A stretch of DNA of 43,668 bases from Trichomonas gallinae. Its lineage: Eukaryota. The stretch lies in contig MRSU01010932.1 of assembly GCA_008369845.1 (NCBI GenBank), positions 1 through 43,668 of the forward strand. The letters are read 5' to 3'. Positions 1 through 10,718 of this stretch are shown here, piece by piece (the stretch's first letter is position 1; each line of letters begins with the position of its first letter). A program made the position numbers and the translations under genes. A model generated the notes under the pieces. The model had not been told where the DNA came from. It saw only the letters and a program-made list of their open reading frames with translations, and ran no database searches.

Positions 1-444
1 CAAAAATATATAATAGTCTATATTCTTCGATATAAAAAGCCTGTAAAGCATAGAAATAACGCCAAAAAAGTGAAAACAGTAATTAAGGTTAAATATTTTT
101 AGGATGAAAACAAAACATAGGCAAAACACATTCAATTTTAGCAAAGTACTCAAATGTTTTAAAAACAAAACAAAAGTTGCAACCTTATCCATGTGTATGT
201 GAATTTATAAAGAATAAAAAAACATTGATAATAATAAAAATCTTGCAATTGAATTAGAAATAATATGAATATTAATATAGATCAAAAAGCTTTATCAATA
301 TAATTCTCAATATTATCCTAATTCCAGACAGATCAGCAATTTTTGATTAAAATTGGCTAAAAATGGAAATTTATCGTGAAGTATATATAATATGTTCTAT
401 TTCACTGGAAGAATTTTGAATTTAATTATTCTGCCAATCATGTA

Positions 445-452
445 AAAGTGAC
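445..452 (+). promoter_or_regulatory. AAAGTGAC core-promoter motif 9 nt upstream of the ATG at 462
   Basis: Seen: AAAGTGAC at 445-452. The same 8-mer is on the sense strand upstream of the 35690..38755 gene (38751-38758, minus) and on + at 2962-2969. As I recall, it matches an over-represented T. vaginalis upstream motif (motif 2). Confidence 0.55.
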
Positions 453-461
453 AATTACCAA

Positions 462-1070
462 ATGCTTTTCTCGCTTTTTTCTACAACAGTTATTTCAGCG
501 CCAATTCCAAGCCGTCCAACTGGTTTGGTTTATAACGAAGATGCTTCCGACATCATCATAGAGATGTATGCCGATCCATTGTGCTCAGATTGCTTAGATT
601 CGTGGTCCACTGTCAAACAAGTCATGACTAAATATAAATCTAGTGCTAAATTCATTATCCACTTCTTACCATTACCATATCATACTTATTCCTTCATGAC
701 AACAAGACTTCTTATGCACGTCAATACTTCAGTCAGAAAGAACCTTCTTGACCGCTTATACATGGGTGATCAAAACAAGTTCCTTAACGGCGCCAACATG
801 CAAGTCAAATCTACAGATGTCCATAAAAAACTATGTGATTGGGCAGCTGGAATTTCAGGAATTTCTTCTGAAGAAATTTGCAAAGATGCTTCTGCAGAAA
901 TGGATGCACGCATTGAGTTCAAATACGCTGCTTGCCACCATATGGATGGAACACCAATATTTTTGATCAACGGAGTTGTTGCTTCTGATCTTGGTGCTGA
1001 ATCAACAGTTCAGGAGTGGGCTATTGTCATTGATCCACTCCTCAAAAAATCAGAATATCAAGAATTATAA
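462..1070 (+). CDS. DsbA-like/thioredoxin-fold protein, signal peptide, probable ER-lumenal
   Basis: 202 aa. Short hydrophobic N-terminus, DPLCSDC (CxxC), HFLPLPYH, GTPIFLING (cis-Pro loop of the DsbA/Thioredoxin_4 type), C-terminal YQEL resembling an ER-retention signal. The stop lies within TAAA. Confidence 0.85.
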   Translation: MLFSLFSTTVISAPIPSRPTGLVYNEDASDIIIEMYADPLCSDCLDSWSTVKQVMTKYKSSAKFIIHFLPLPYHTYSFMTTRLLMHVNTSVRKNLLDRLYMGDQNKFLNGANMQVKSTDVHKKLCDWAAGISGISSEEICKDASAEMDARIEFKYAACHHMDGTPIFLINGVVASDLGAESTVQEWAIVIDPLLKKSEYQEL

Positions 1071-1382
1071 AACTATAAATAATTTTAACTATACTGCGTT
1101 TATAAACGACTAGCTTTATTATTAATTTTATATTTTAGAAAAAAAAAAAACATTTAATATTGAAAAACAAAACAAACAGAAATTTTATATAAGAATCCGT
1201 AAATTCTAAGCAAAGGCTTAGATGGAATAAATTGTGAAAGCATCGCAAGAAAAGTAATAATAAATTTGCAAATATTTTTGGTATTTAGATTATTAAAAGT
1301 TCTTGTAGTGAAACACGAAACCTTGGGAAGCCTTATAAACAAAAAATATGCAATTTTGTAGAGAATGTTGAAAACAAAAATA

Positions 1383-1838
1383 TCAAATCGTGGACATTTC
1401 ATCTAAATAATCTTCTCCATCTGCAACATTCCATGACTCGATTATGGAAGCAAATAAACAAATAATTGATATGAAGTATTCGATAAAAACGATTATCAAG
1501 CCAAGTCCACCGCAGCATCCAAGTGAAAATGATGCCACAAAAAAGTGTGTAAACGCTCTGGCCATTAAAGTTCCCATAAAATCGAATAATGTAATTTGAA
1601 AGAATGAAGCAACTTCATGGATTGTTGCGAAAAGACAAAAAGCTGAAAGTGCTGCTGATTGAAAAACAGTTCCGAGAAGAAAATTCGGTGATTCTAGGTC
1701 AAAACGAAATTCGTAAATTAAGTACGTTTTTTTATTGACAAGCTGTACTAAATTATAGGCTGATGAAACAGCTGAGACTAGGAACATCACTGCGCTGAGT
1801 ACATAAACGACGTTCTTACAACCGCAGATACACTTCAT
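1383..1838 (-). CDS. Small multi-pass membrane protein, COPI-associated/Tvp15-like
   Basis: The ORF track starts at TTG 1850; the first ATG is 1838 (MKCIC). 3-4 hydrophobic segments. FDFMGTLMARAFTHFFVASFSL resembles the F-x-F-L-x3-G-R-G-x-F-Y motif of COPI-associated proteins. Family call is inference. Confidence 0.6.
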   Translation of the reverse strand: MKCICGCKNVVYVLSAVMFLVSAVSSAYNLVQLVNKKTYLIYEFRFDLESPNFLLGTVFQSAALSAFCLFATIHEVASFFQITLFDFMGTLMARAFTHFFVASFSLGCCGGLGLIIVFIEYFISIICLFASIIESWNVADGEDYLDEMSTI

Positions 1839-2164
1839 ATAATCTGACAATAAATTGATTTTACATGACAGAATTTACTAACACATACATTTTATTGATT
1901 TTAGTTTTTTGCATTCATAAATATATCAATAGATACCTGTGCTGATATGATATCTTTGATTAATCTATTCGTCTGCAAACATCAAATTGAATATCATGTG
2001 ACACTATTGATCCTGCTTCAATTTAGATATTTTTACACCTTTATTTAGAAATAAAAGATACTATGTCCATGACATCTTTTTATTAATAGGAATTCAAAAT
2101 TCATTTGAATTGAAAAATAAATTAAAATGATATTTTAAAATTCTATTGCGATCTTCATCCTTTG

Positions 2165-2455
2165 CGATGGAATCAGTACAATTAGAGCTATAATTATTCA
2201 TTGCAGCTATCAATAATGGAGTTTAGCCAAAATAAGTTTTTGCTTCAATGTTTGCACCAAGCTCAACCAATTAAACTATAGCTTCAACATTATTAAATTG
2301 TGCAGCACAAAATAGTGGTGTAACATCAAGACAATTTTTCGATTCATTATCAACACCAAGGTCAATCAACTTTGCTATGGCTTCAACATTATTAAAACTT
2401 CATTGTCTTCGTTTTTGGTGTTAATGTCTGTCCCTAAGTCCATAAGATCATCCAT
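2165..2455 (-). pseudogene. Ankyrin-repeat pseudogene
   Basis: Manual translation: MDDLMDLGTDINTKNEDN / FNNVEAIAKLIDLGVDNESKNCLDVTPLFCAAQFNNVEAIV*LVELGANIEAKTYFG*TPLLIAAMNN. In-frame TAA at 2273-2271 and 2225-2223, plus a frameshift/deletion near 2400. Confidence 0.85.
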
Positions 2456-2604
2456 TAGGCCTTGGATTTTGAATTCCATACAATAAGGTAAAAATACATC
2501 AAAATTTGTAAAGGATATCTGATTTAAGCGAGCATATTTAGGTACATTTGATGAATATTCACAATAGAAATGTCAGATATGTTGAAATTATAATTGATTA
2601 TGTA

Positions 2605-2949
2605 TTAGCTATTGATTGTAAATGATTTTTGTCGGTCAAGCATGTCCTGTCTTTCTAAGTCATCTGGGAAGTAATCCTCATAAAAATAAATGTTTTCATC
2701 ATTGTGATGTTGATTTTGATCTTCTTCGTCATCAGAATCGTTCTTATGAGTAAACTTAAGATGATTATTTGCCATTACTTCATCGTAACTTGATTCCTGG
2801 TCATCGTCTGAATATTCATAATAAGAACTTTCTTCGAAATCGGAATATTCATAATCTGTTTGATAATCTGCAATAACTCTCCTGGAATATATATCAGGAT
2901 CATCATAATTTTCTGATGCAGCCATCAGAAGAAAAAAGAAATGAAACAT
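2605..2949 (-). CDS. Small acidic D/E/Y/S-rich protein with signal peptide, unknown function
   Basis: 114 aa. MFHFFFLLMAAS signal-like start, strongly acidic composition, Inr-like TCACT at 2968-2964 upstream. Confidence 0.7.
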   Translation of the reverse strand: MFHFFFLLMAASENYDDPDIYSRRVIADYQTDYEYSDFEESSYYEYSDDDQESSYDEVMANNHLKFTHKNDSDDEEDQNQHHNDENIYFYEDYFPDDLERQDMLDRQKSFTINS

Positions 2950-2961
2950 TCAAAATGTTAA

Positions 2962-3009
2962 AAAGTGACATATAAATATCTGACATTTGACACGTAAACT
3001 AAAACGATA
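2962..3009. promoter_or_regulatory. Promoter motif cluster: Inr/AAAGTGAC, TGACATATAAA, TGACACGTAAA and Myb-element-like AAAACGATA
   Basis: Seen on +: TGACATATAAA 2966-2976, TGACACGTAAA 2988-2998, AAAACGATA 3001-3009, all within 60 nt of the ATG at 2949. Confidence 0.5.
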
Positions 3010-3143
3010 AATCATTACTTATCTTATTATGTACAATCATTACTGTTGTTATATAATATAATTTCTGGTTTTGAAGACCCAAATATGTTCATATAAAAGA
3101 ATAGATTTATAGATTTATCATTTATAACAAAACAAAAATGGTC

Positions 3144-4166
3144 TCATTCCTTAAACAGTTTAAGAGAATCTAACACTAGATTCCATACGACCATGAAAGG
3201 CACAAAAAGCACAGTTGACCATAAAACCATCGTTGATGCTACACCAACTTTGATTCCAGTTCCTTGTGCAATAGGATAAACAGCTGTTGATGATGTAACT
3301 AAGCACATCAACAGGCATTGTCTGATTTGTTGGTGTGTTAATCCAATTGCATATGAATAAACGCAAGAGAAAAACGGCATAACAATAAATCTGAACGAAA
3401 GGGCAGTGAAGAATTCAAACCATGTGCATGAAATCAATGAAGTCGAAGCAAGGAATCCACCAGCCGAGAAAAGAGCCAAGCCAACGCATGATGCTTGGAA
3501 TGTGTAAAGCACTCTATCTATATAAACAGGAAGTGGCAATGTTGTGAGTGAATAAACCATACCGATTAAAATACCTTGAATTAAAGGACTTTTGAGAATA
3601 CCCAATAAAATCTTACCAAAATCCTTGATAGTAAACTTCTTTGCATCCCATGTAACATCTTCCCCGTGTACTTGCGCCTTTTTGGTCAGTTTTTGTTTCT
3701 CTTTTTGTATTTTAAAAAGCGATGCGCAAGTTTGATAAACTGGAATGATTACAATATCATTACTCATGATAATAACAGATGTGATCGCATTGTTTGCTTC
3801 TCCCCAGACAGAATTGAATAATGGAACCCCAATAATTACGTAGTTCAAATAAATAACGGGCAGAACCAATCCTATAAAAGTTTCAAATTTGTTTTTTAAA
3901 GGTACTATTGCGCAGAATATGCCTAATACTATTTGTGTTGTTAAACTCATGCAAATACAACCTAGTAACGGCTTGAAATTCATTTTGTATAGGTTACGCA
4001 TAGCGAACGCACGGCACATTTGCGGCAAAAGTGTAATTCTGATCACATATTTATTAACTGCGTTGATATGTTTTCGTCTGATGATCTTAGTTTTCTTCGC
4101 TATGAATCCACACGTCATAACAAGTAGGAATGATATGCCTACATTAAGGACAGACGTATAATTCAT
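3144..4166 (-). CDS. Auxin efflux carrier (AEC/Mem_trans, PIN-like) family transporter
   Basis: 340 aa, about 10 TM in two blocks around a charged loop. Motifs NKYVIRITLLP, LNYVIIGVPL, ILKSPLIQGILIG, LALFSAG and FRFIVMP are typical of AEC proteins. TCATT Inr abuts the ATG (4171-4167). Confidence 0.88.
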   Translation of the reverse strand: MNYTSVLNVGISFLLVMTCGFIAKKTKIIRRKHINAVNKYVIRITLLPQMCRAFAMRNLYKMNFKPLLGCICMSLTTQIVLGIFCAIVPLKNKFETFIGLVLPVIYLNYVIIGVPLFNSVWGEANNAITSVIIMSNDIVIIPVYQTCASLFKIQKEKQKLTKKAQVHGEDVTWDAKKFTIKDFGKILLGILKSPLIQGILIGMVYSLTTLPLPVYIDRVLYTFQASCVGLALFSAGGFLASTSLISCTWFEFFTALSFRFIVMPFFSCVYSYAIGLTHQQIRQCLLMCLVTSSTAVYPIAQGTGIKVGVASTMVLWSTVLFVPFMVVWNLVLDSLKLFKE

Positions 4167-4314
4167 AATGAAAACTCCAAAGAATTTATAGCTCGACCAA
4201 AAGTTGATGAAAACGCAACAAAATGCTTCAAAAAGGCATTACTCATGGATAAATTTCGTTCAGTATTTTTTTTGAGAACAAAATTTGTGAATTGTAAATT
4301 TTTGTGAAAATTTG

Positions 4315-4586
4315 TCAGTTTTTGGATCTATACGGGCGTGAAAACAATTAACAAAAATGCGTGAAAACTGATACTATCCTGGTATAGAGGTACAGGCGAA
4401 ACACTAACACTTCTCTGGAATTTGAATTGATAATAATCGTATGTCTGACACTTTTTTACATTTCAGTTTTTGGTGGTTTTACGGGCGCGAATGTGGCTCC
4501 TAAATTTTAGTGAAAAATGCATATCATTATGTGTGTAGTTATATTCATTTAAATTGTTTTGAAATTTGAATTGAAAATAATCGTAT
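4315..4586 (+). repeat. Degenerate tandem repeat (about 145-150 bp period), locus A of a dispersed family
   Basis: TCAGTTTTTGG..TACGGGCG at about 4315-4338 and 4463-4487. AATTTGAATTGA(T/A)AATAATCGTAT at about 4419 and 4563. Confidence 0.7.
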
Positions 4587-6140
4587 TCATTGTAATTTCA
4601 GAAAACATGCAACCTTAATGAATAACAATGTTACATTTTTTTTTATCGAGATGGATGGTTTCCGAAATAGGTTTTACTGCTGTTAAGCGATATAATAGAC
4701 AATCATATATTCTTTAATTCGCTATACCAGTTTTACGATTTTATTATAGGAGAGATATCAATACCCATGGCCATAGCAGCAAAATATGAAACTCCTTTTT
4801 TTTGCTGAGAATGAATAAAAATTGCTTTCTCTCCATATGTATATCGCATTTGTGATATTGAGCGACAACGGCCAATTAGCATATATTCGAATAGAAATCA
4901 TAGAATTAATAATATTTATGAAAAAATATCGCGAATTAATTATGGTCACCTATTTATAGTGTAATATGATTTGGATCAATATTTCCTGAAATTAGGTTTC
5001 CTTTTTATGATACAACTTTAATTTGGAATCTAAGAAATATTCATCAATTTTAATTTAATCATAGATCGCAACTGTTATCGTGCATTTTGATAGTATGGGT
5101 TGAATAATGTACATTCTAGCTCTGTTAGCAGCTATTTACATATTATGAAGTGATTGTAGATTATCATATTGTAGCTTTGAGAAAATGGACAATTGATTTG
5201 AATACAGCTGTGAATGATGTACTGGAAAACATTAATTTGAGAAAATACAGGTATTTGATCGAAAATCATTTTTAATTTGAGAGATTAAAGCCATTGTCAC
5301 TGCTTTAAACATCTCATATTGCAACGGATACATACATATTATAATCACAAGCGTTATTTGAAAAGATTAATTTAAGAACGAAATAATGGTACGTCATTAA
5401 TTTCATTTTTGATATGAACTGATATTCCTTGCATAGACGGTTGATGTTGCTTAAATATGGAGTCATGAACTTGATAGCATTGCAAAAAGTTTTTTGTTGA
5501 AAAAAAAAAAAAGCCGTGTGATAAGGGCAAATATAAGTTATGTGGCTTTTTTCATCAGTTTCATATATAGTGTCAAATTACTGATATAAAAAAACCGAAA
5601 CTCGATTTTTTAATAAATGGCAAATTGAGAAAAAATTCGTATTAAAGTTCTAGATGATATTATATTGCTTCAAGGATAATCTACTTTCAATTTTGAATAA
5701 AGTATTCAAATTTTCTTTGACCTCCAAAACATTATAAAACGGCCAAAAATATAATCATAAATAGAATTTTTTTGCTAAAGACCATGCAAAAACTTTTTTC
5801 TGATCATCACGTTTACAAGAATATTTATCTTATTGATATATTTATATTATTTCCTTTTAAAAAATTGACGAAAAATAATCAACTCAATATTTGAATGTAC
5901 ATTGAAATGTTTTTTAAAATTTTATTAAAAATGTAGTTTTTATATTTTTATGCCCAATTTTTCCATTTTCCAAAATTACCACTTTTCAATTTTTGAATGT
6001 ATAGTTTTCAATTCTTTTGTATTACTTTTCAATCAAAAACTAGGTTCCTGTACCATAGATGAAAAAATGATTATGTATATTTATATAAGAGTATTAGTTT
6101 TGAATTAATTCAATTTATATTATTTTTTATTTAGCTTAAC

Positions 6141-9100
6141 ATGCTTTTTATCTTAGCCTATACAAAAAGCCTTTTTGGCCATGAAGGAAAGAATACTGTA
6201 ATGGACCAACAAGGCGATTCATTCGAAATTATAGGTACAGTTCCTACGCCACAGAATGTTAAAAGTATTCTCGATGCACCTCCAGGTAAGTACTCAAATC
6301 CTCCTATTAAGAGTGAGCAAGAATATCCATGGCTAGGACATGGCTATAAATGCGCAAAAGAATCACTTGATACAGAAGTTAAACAAATGAAAATCGATTT
6401 TTGTAAAAATAGACCAGATTTAACACAAGATCAGGCATATGCTCATCCAGCTGCTTTGAAACAATTTATAACAAATAAAAATCTAATTGAAGAGATCAAA
6501 AAAGCACCACGTCTTAAAGGCAAGGTATGGATTAATACAAGAATTCGGACACCTCATTGGACGTCATTTTATGCTATGCCTGGTGAGGTTGTTACAATTG
6601 AAATTCCACAATTCGCTATAAATAAACTTCGTGTTACAATGAACCGTCATGCGCGTGATACAAAACATAAAACAAAAAATAGATACCCTAATGTCGAATG
6701 TTGGTTCCAGTTAACTTCAACGGTAAATAAATTTGCTTATCCTCTCGGCGGTAGCATTGATATTGAACTTGATCAAACCTTTAACCATGGCCTTGAAATC
6801 AACATATCAGGAGCAATCAGAATGCCATATTTCCGCTACGGTACTAATACTGATAAAGAATGGGAAGAAGAATTACGTAACTACAAAGCTCCACTTGCTG
6901 TTGTTGATAGTGGAGCAATTATCAACCTATTCCCTGGAGATAGAGTGAGAAATAAAAACAGATTGAATGATGCTTGTGGTTTCTGGAGAACTGTGAGCCA
7001 GATCTTTTACTCTGTTAATGAAGTACCTAATTATGGCAGATATGGAGATGGTAGAATCATGCACGAGATGAAATTTAATTTTGATTCATTTGTAGCTGTC
7101 GGAGCTGCTTACTCCGTTCAGGGTGCCAACTTCATCCAAGCCCCACCTGATTGGGCTGATCAAATGATGAGCTATGTTTCTGCCATCAGGGGATGCTGGG
7201 GAAACGTTCATGAATATGGCCACCAATTCCAGAAAAACTGGGGTATACCAGGTACAGGCGAAACAACAAACAACGTCCTTAACTTCATTACTTACTCCTT
7301 AATTACAGAAATCGATGCATCAAGACAAACAAACATGGCAAATCAATTCCTGATCGAAGGCGGTGGCTGGAATAGAATCACACACGAGTTTAATATGATG
7401 AATGCATTCGGTGGCTATGATGGTCCACTCACGTGGTATGGTAATATGGTTTATTACTTCGGTCATATAAAGTGGCGCCAATGCTTACATGCGCATATTC
7501 GTCAACGTTATTACAAGAGAGCTGCCCCATTATCATATGAAAGTGAGTTCGTTTTGCACTGCGCTAAGTTCTTCAAGAGAGATCTCCGAAAGTATTTCTT
7601 GAGCTTTGATTTCATTAAACCTGCCACGATTACTGCTGAGTGCAATAAAGAGATGGACAAGCTCAAACTTAAAGAGTTCCACCCAGTTACAAATATTTAT
7701 GCTGTCGGTTATAAAATAGACAGAGGAGAAGAAGGAGTAGAAGAATTTGAGACTCACAAACCATATTCAATACCAGCAAGAGCTCCATACTACTTCGATT
7801 TCCAGAAAACAATGAAGACAAGACAAAAAATGAATGATTTCGAGTGTGTCAAAGCTTACGGTGGACAAGGCAAATTCGAAAAAATCACAGGATGCAAATA
7901 CATTTATACCCCACCATCAAATACATCAATTGTTGATAAGTTCTATGTTGACTATAAAGATAAAAAGCTTGGTGATATCACAACAGTTGTTGTTAAAGTT
8001 AAACAAATTTTCAAAGGATGCCGCATGAGCTTCATGAAGCTCCCGAAGGGAACATACGCAGATGCATTTGCCGCTGATACAGCATACTACAATAACCTTG
8101 GAAATAAGGGTGAAAAGATAATTCCAGCTATTCTCCGTGGCGATAATGGCATTAAAATCTGGAAATATTCTGCGCACGATCAGTACACTCCATGGGTCGG
8201 TGTCGTAGAAGGCGTATTTATTCCAAGAAGAACAGGTGTGCATAGGTTTGGATTCAAGCATTCTCAAGACTGCATCTTCTACTTTACCGAAAACAAACTC
8301 ACTGGCGATCCAAGCAAAGATAAATCATATATAATTGCAACACGTCCTAACTCAGAAGGAAGATACGCCGATAATTCGAAAGAAAAAGGAATTAATCTCA
8401 CCAAAGGCAAATCGTATAACTTCAGATTCGTCGTTCTCGCCAAATCTGCTGGTGGCTACGGCACAGTCGGCTACAAATTCGAGAAACTCAACTACGTCGA
8501 TGTCCCGGCCGCTGAAGTATTCTACCCTGAATGCAATGCTAATGATGTTGACATGAACCCATTCGTTCCAAGATTCGAACAAGATCCTACATTAGGAAAA
8601 TACTACGAGAGTTTCGAATATAATTATGACAAGAGCAGCTGGAAGCTCACAGCACATCCAACACCTAAAAATGCTCAATCTAACCTTCAACAGCTCCTCT
8701 TCGACGGTAGCACTGCTGGAGACACTGAATGCACCGGAACGTTCCCACTCAAATATTCCATTGATTTCGGTGAAGAAACATCATTTACTGAACTCCAACT
8801 TCCGATGATGAATAAACGAGAAATGATCTCTAACATTGAAGTTTACTGTGATGGCACAAAATTCAGTAACTTCTCCATAAAAGCTGGCTCTATTAATCAA
8901 AAATTCAAAAAGGCAATGAGGTGTAAAACAATGGATATCAAAGTCTTGGACAATAAAAAAGGAAAATATGCCTCATTCACAGAAATTATTCTTAAATCTG
9001 CAATTTCAACATCGCAAAATATCATCCCAGCAACACATGAGGCTTTCTCGGTTAGTGATACAAAAAGATGCGTACTCACCCGCAGCGGTCTCTATTACAA

Positions 9101-9719
9101 TGGCAGAGGCTGGAGATTGCCGAGTGGGTGCTCTTTGAAGATTTCTGTCCCGCTTAACGAAACCGGAAACTCAATTGGAATTGTTGGTGACAGAAGCAAA
9201 TTAAACGGTGGTGTGTTTGAAGTCTATTTAGATGGAAAATATCATGGCAAATGCGACACCACAAAATTTGTCAATGCTAATTATATCAGAGATGGTCAGA
9301 CCATGTACCAGCAACCACTCTATGGAATTATCGGCTTAAATAACCAAACCGTATATGATGTTGAGATCAGAGTTAAGAGTGGTCAAATCGGAATCGCAGG
9401 ACTTTTGGCATCAACATGCATAACAGCTAATGAGACATCAAATGCTGAAACTGGTTTTGTCAAGCCAGGAGATAAGTCACGGCTTCCATATGTTGTCAAC
9501 ATGATCATTGTTGCTTTGACTATTTTAGCTGTCTTAGCTGCAATCATTGGAATCATTGTCATGAAGTTCAAGGAACCTAAAGAACTTAGCGAAGATATCG
9601 GAACCACTGGTCAGGTAGAAGAAGAACATCATTATGAAGCACCAACATATTACAAGGAAGAAAGATATGGAGTTGATAACGATGAATATAATGAGAACCT
9701 GAATGAAAGTTCTGACTAA
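6141..9719 (+). CDS. M60-like (PF13402) zinc metallopeptidase, type I surface protein ('immuno-dominant variable surface antigen'-like), paralog A
   Basis: 1192 aa. WGNVHEYGHQFQ...GETTNN (HExxH plus downstream E, the M60-like signature), PA14-like segment (EGVFIPRRTGVHRFGF...LTKGKSYNFRF), galactose-binding-like segment (YSIDFGE), C-terminal TM and acidic Tyr-rich tail. Confidence 0.92.
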   Translation: MLFILAYTKSLFGHEGKNTVMDQQGDSFEIIGTVPTPQNVKSILDAPPGKYSNPPIKSEQEYPWLGHGYKCAKESLDTEVKQMKIDFCKNRPDLTQDQAYAHPAALKQFITNKNLIEEIKKAPRLKGKVWINTRIRTPHWTSFYAMPGEVVTIEIPQFAINKLRVTMNRHARDTKHKTKNRYPNVECWFQLTSTVNKFAYPLGGSIDIELDQTFNHGLEINISGAIRMPYFRYGTNTDKEWEEELRNYKAPLAVVDSGAIINLFPGDRVRNKNRLNDACGFWRTVSQIFYSVNEVPNYGRYGDGRIMHEMKFNFDSFVAVGAAYSVQGANFIQAPPDWADQMMSYVSAIRGCWGNVHEYGHQFQKNWGIPGTGETTNNVLNFITYSLITEIDASRQTNMANQFLIEGGGWNRITHEFNMMNAFGGYDGPLTWYGNMVYYFGHIKWRQCLHAHIRQRYYKRAAPLSYESEFVLHCAKFFKRDLRKYFLSFDFIKPATITAECNKEMDKLKLKEFHPVTNIYAVGYKIDRGEEGVEEFETHKPYSIPARAPYYFDFQKTMKTRQKMNDFECVKAYGGQGKFEKITGCKYIYTPPSNTSIVDKFYVDYKDKKLGDITTVVVKVKQIFKGCRMSFMKLPKGTYADAFAADTAYYNNLGNKGEKIIPAILRGDNGIKIWKYSAHDQYTPWVGVVEGVFIPRRTGVHRFGFKHSQDCIFYFTENKLTGDPSKDKSYIIATRPNSEGRYADNSKEKGINLTKGKSYNFRFVVLAKSAGGYGTVGYKFEKLNYVDVPAAEVFYPECNANDVDMNPFVPRFEQDPTLGKYYESFEYNYDKSSWKLTAHPTPKNAQSNLQQLLFDGSTAGDTECTGTFPLKYSIDFGEETSFTELQLPMMNKREMISNIEVYCDGTKFSNFSIKAGSINQKFKKAMRCKTMDIKVLDNKKGKYASFTEIILKSAISTSQNIIPATHEAFSVSDTKRCVLTRSGLYYNGRGWRLPSGCSLKISVPLNETGNSIGIVGDRSKLNGGVFEVYLDGKYHGKCDTTKFVNANYIRDGQTMYQQPLYGIIGLNNQTVYDVEIRVKSGQIGIAGLLASTCITANETSNAETGFVKPGDKSRLPYVVNMIIVALTILAVLAAIIGIIVMKFKEPKELSEDIGTTGQVEEEHHYEAPTYYKEERYGVDNDEYNENLNESSD

Positions 9720-10718
9720 AATCCTCACCCACAAAATACATCAACGTCCAATATTTTTTGTAATAAACAGTTCTTTCATTATTATACTTTCTGGGCGCAT
9801 TTAAGATTTAATAATTCTAAATTAATTTTACAGTAAAATTTATTTTATGAAAGAGAATGCATGTATTAACATGACATATTTCATATATGAACCTTGGTCA
9901 AATTCATGAGATTTTTAATAATTTCATGATGTCTTTTTTTTCACAATGTTAAATCAACTTTTATTTCTCTTGGATGCTTCCACTAGGTTGATTTAAAATC
10001 TATAGGTTGTCCAACAAATGTTAATCTCAATCCAAATCTGATAACCCTTGAATAATTCTGAATTCCCAATATTTTATCAATAAGAGTGAATTTGTTATAT
10101 AAATGAGCGAAATTGTTATATATTATGAGAAAAAAGTTTGATCACGAAAATTCAATGAATAAACAGTTTTGTTTTCAAATTTAAATGTCACTTTTATAGA
10201 ATGAATTCAAAATTTGAGAGTGTGAAATCCAAGGTTTGGGATAATTTTAAGATCTTTCGCCTCAATCAATGCCATAGATGCATAAATATCATTCATTCGA
10301 GCTATAACTTAAAAAAAGACAAATGTTCTTATTCCAGGAGTTTGAGGTTATAAATCTTCATATTTCTGCATCATTTCAAGGGGAAAAAACGATCGTCGAT
10401 TTTTTTTTTACAAAATTTTCAACACAAAAAAATGTAAAAGTTTGAAAAAAAACTATTAAAATTTATATCGAGAAATATATATATATATCAATTATTTATC
10501 ATATTTTTTTGAGAACATTTTTTTTTATAAAATTTATTTATATTAAGGGTATTGTATGTTAAACATGTGCAAAAAACGGTTTTCAATTTTGCGCAAAAAT
10601 TGTCAAATATAATGCTTTATATACTATTGCTGATAAAAACCTAAAAAATTATTAATTTCAATTTTTTGATATCACTCTTACAAAAAATCAAAAAAGCAAA
10701 AACCTTTATTATATTTAA

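Noticed and set aside
1844..1892. Possible intron upstream of the 1838 gene (minus-strand GTATGT ... CAG); also ACTAACAC at 1877 and 4403
   Set aside because: No branch-point/3' consensus (ACTAACACACAG-type) on the matching strand, and splicing does not create a better ORF.
4620..5500. Possible very old ankyrin-family relic (fragments such as DINTHGH, YETPFF, YLIENH)
   Set aside because: Too degenerate to call by eye; it needs a frameshift-aware HMM search.
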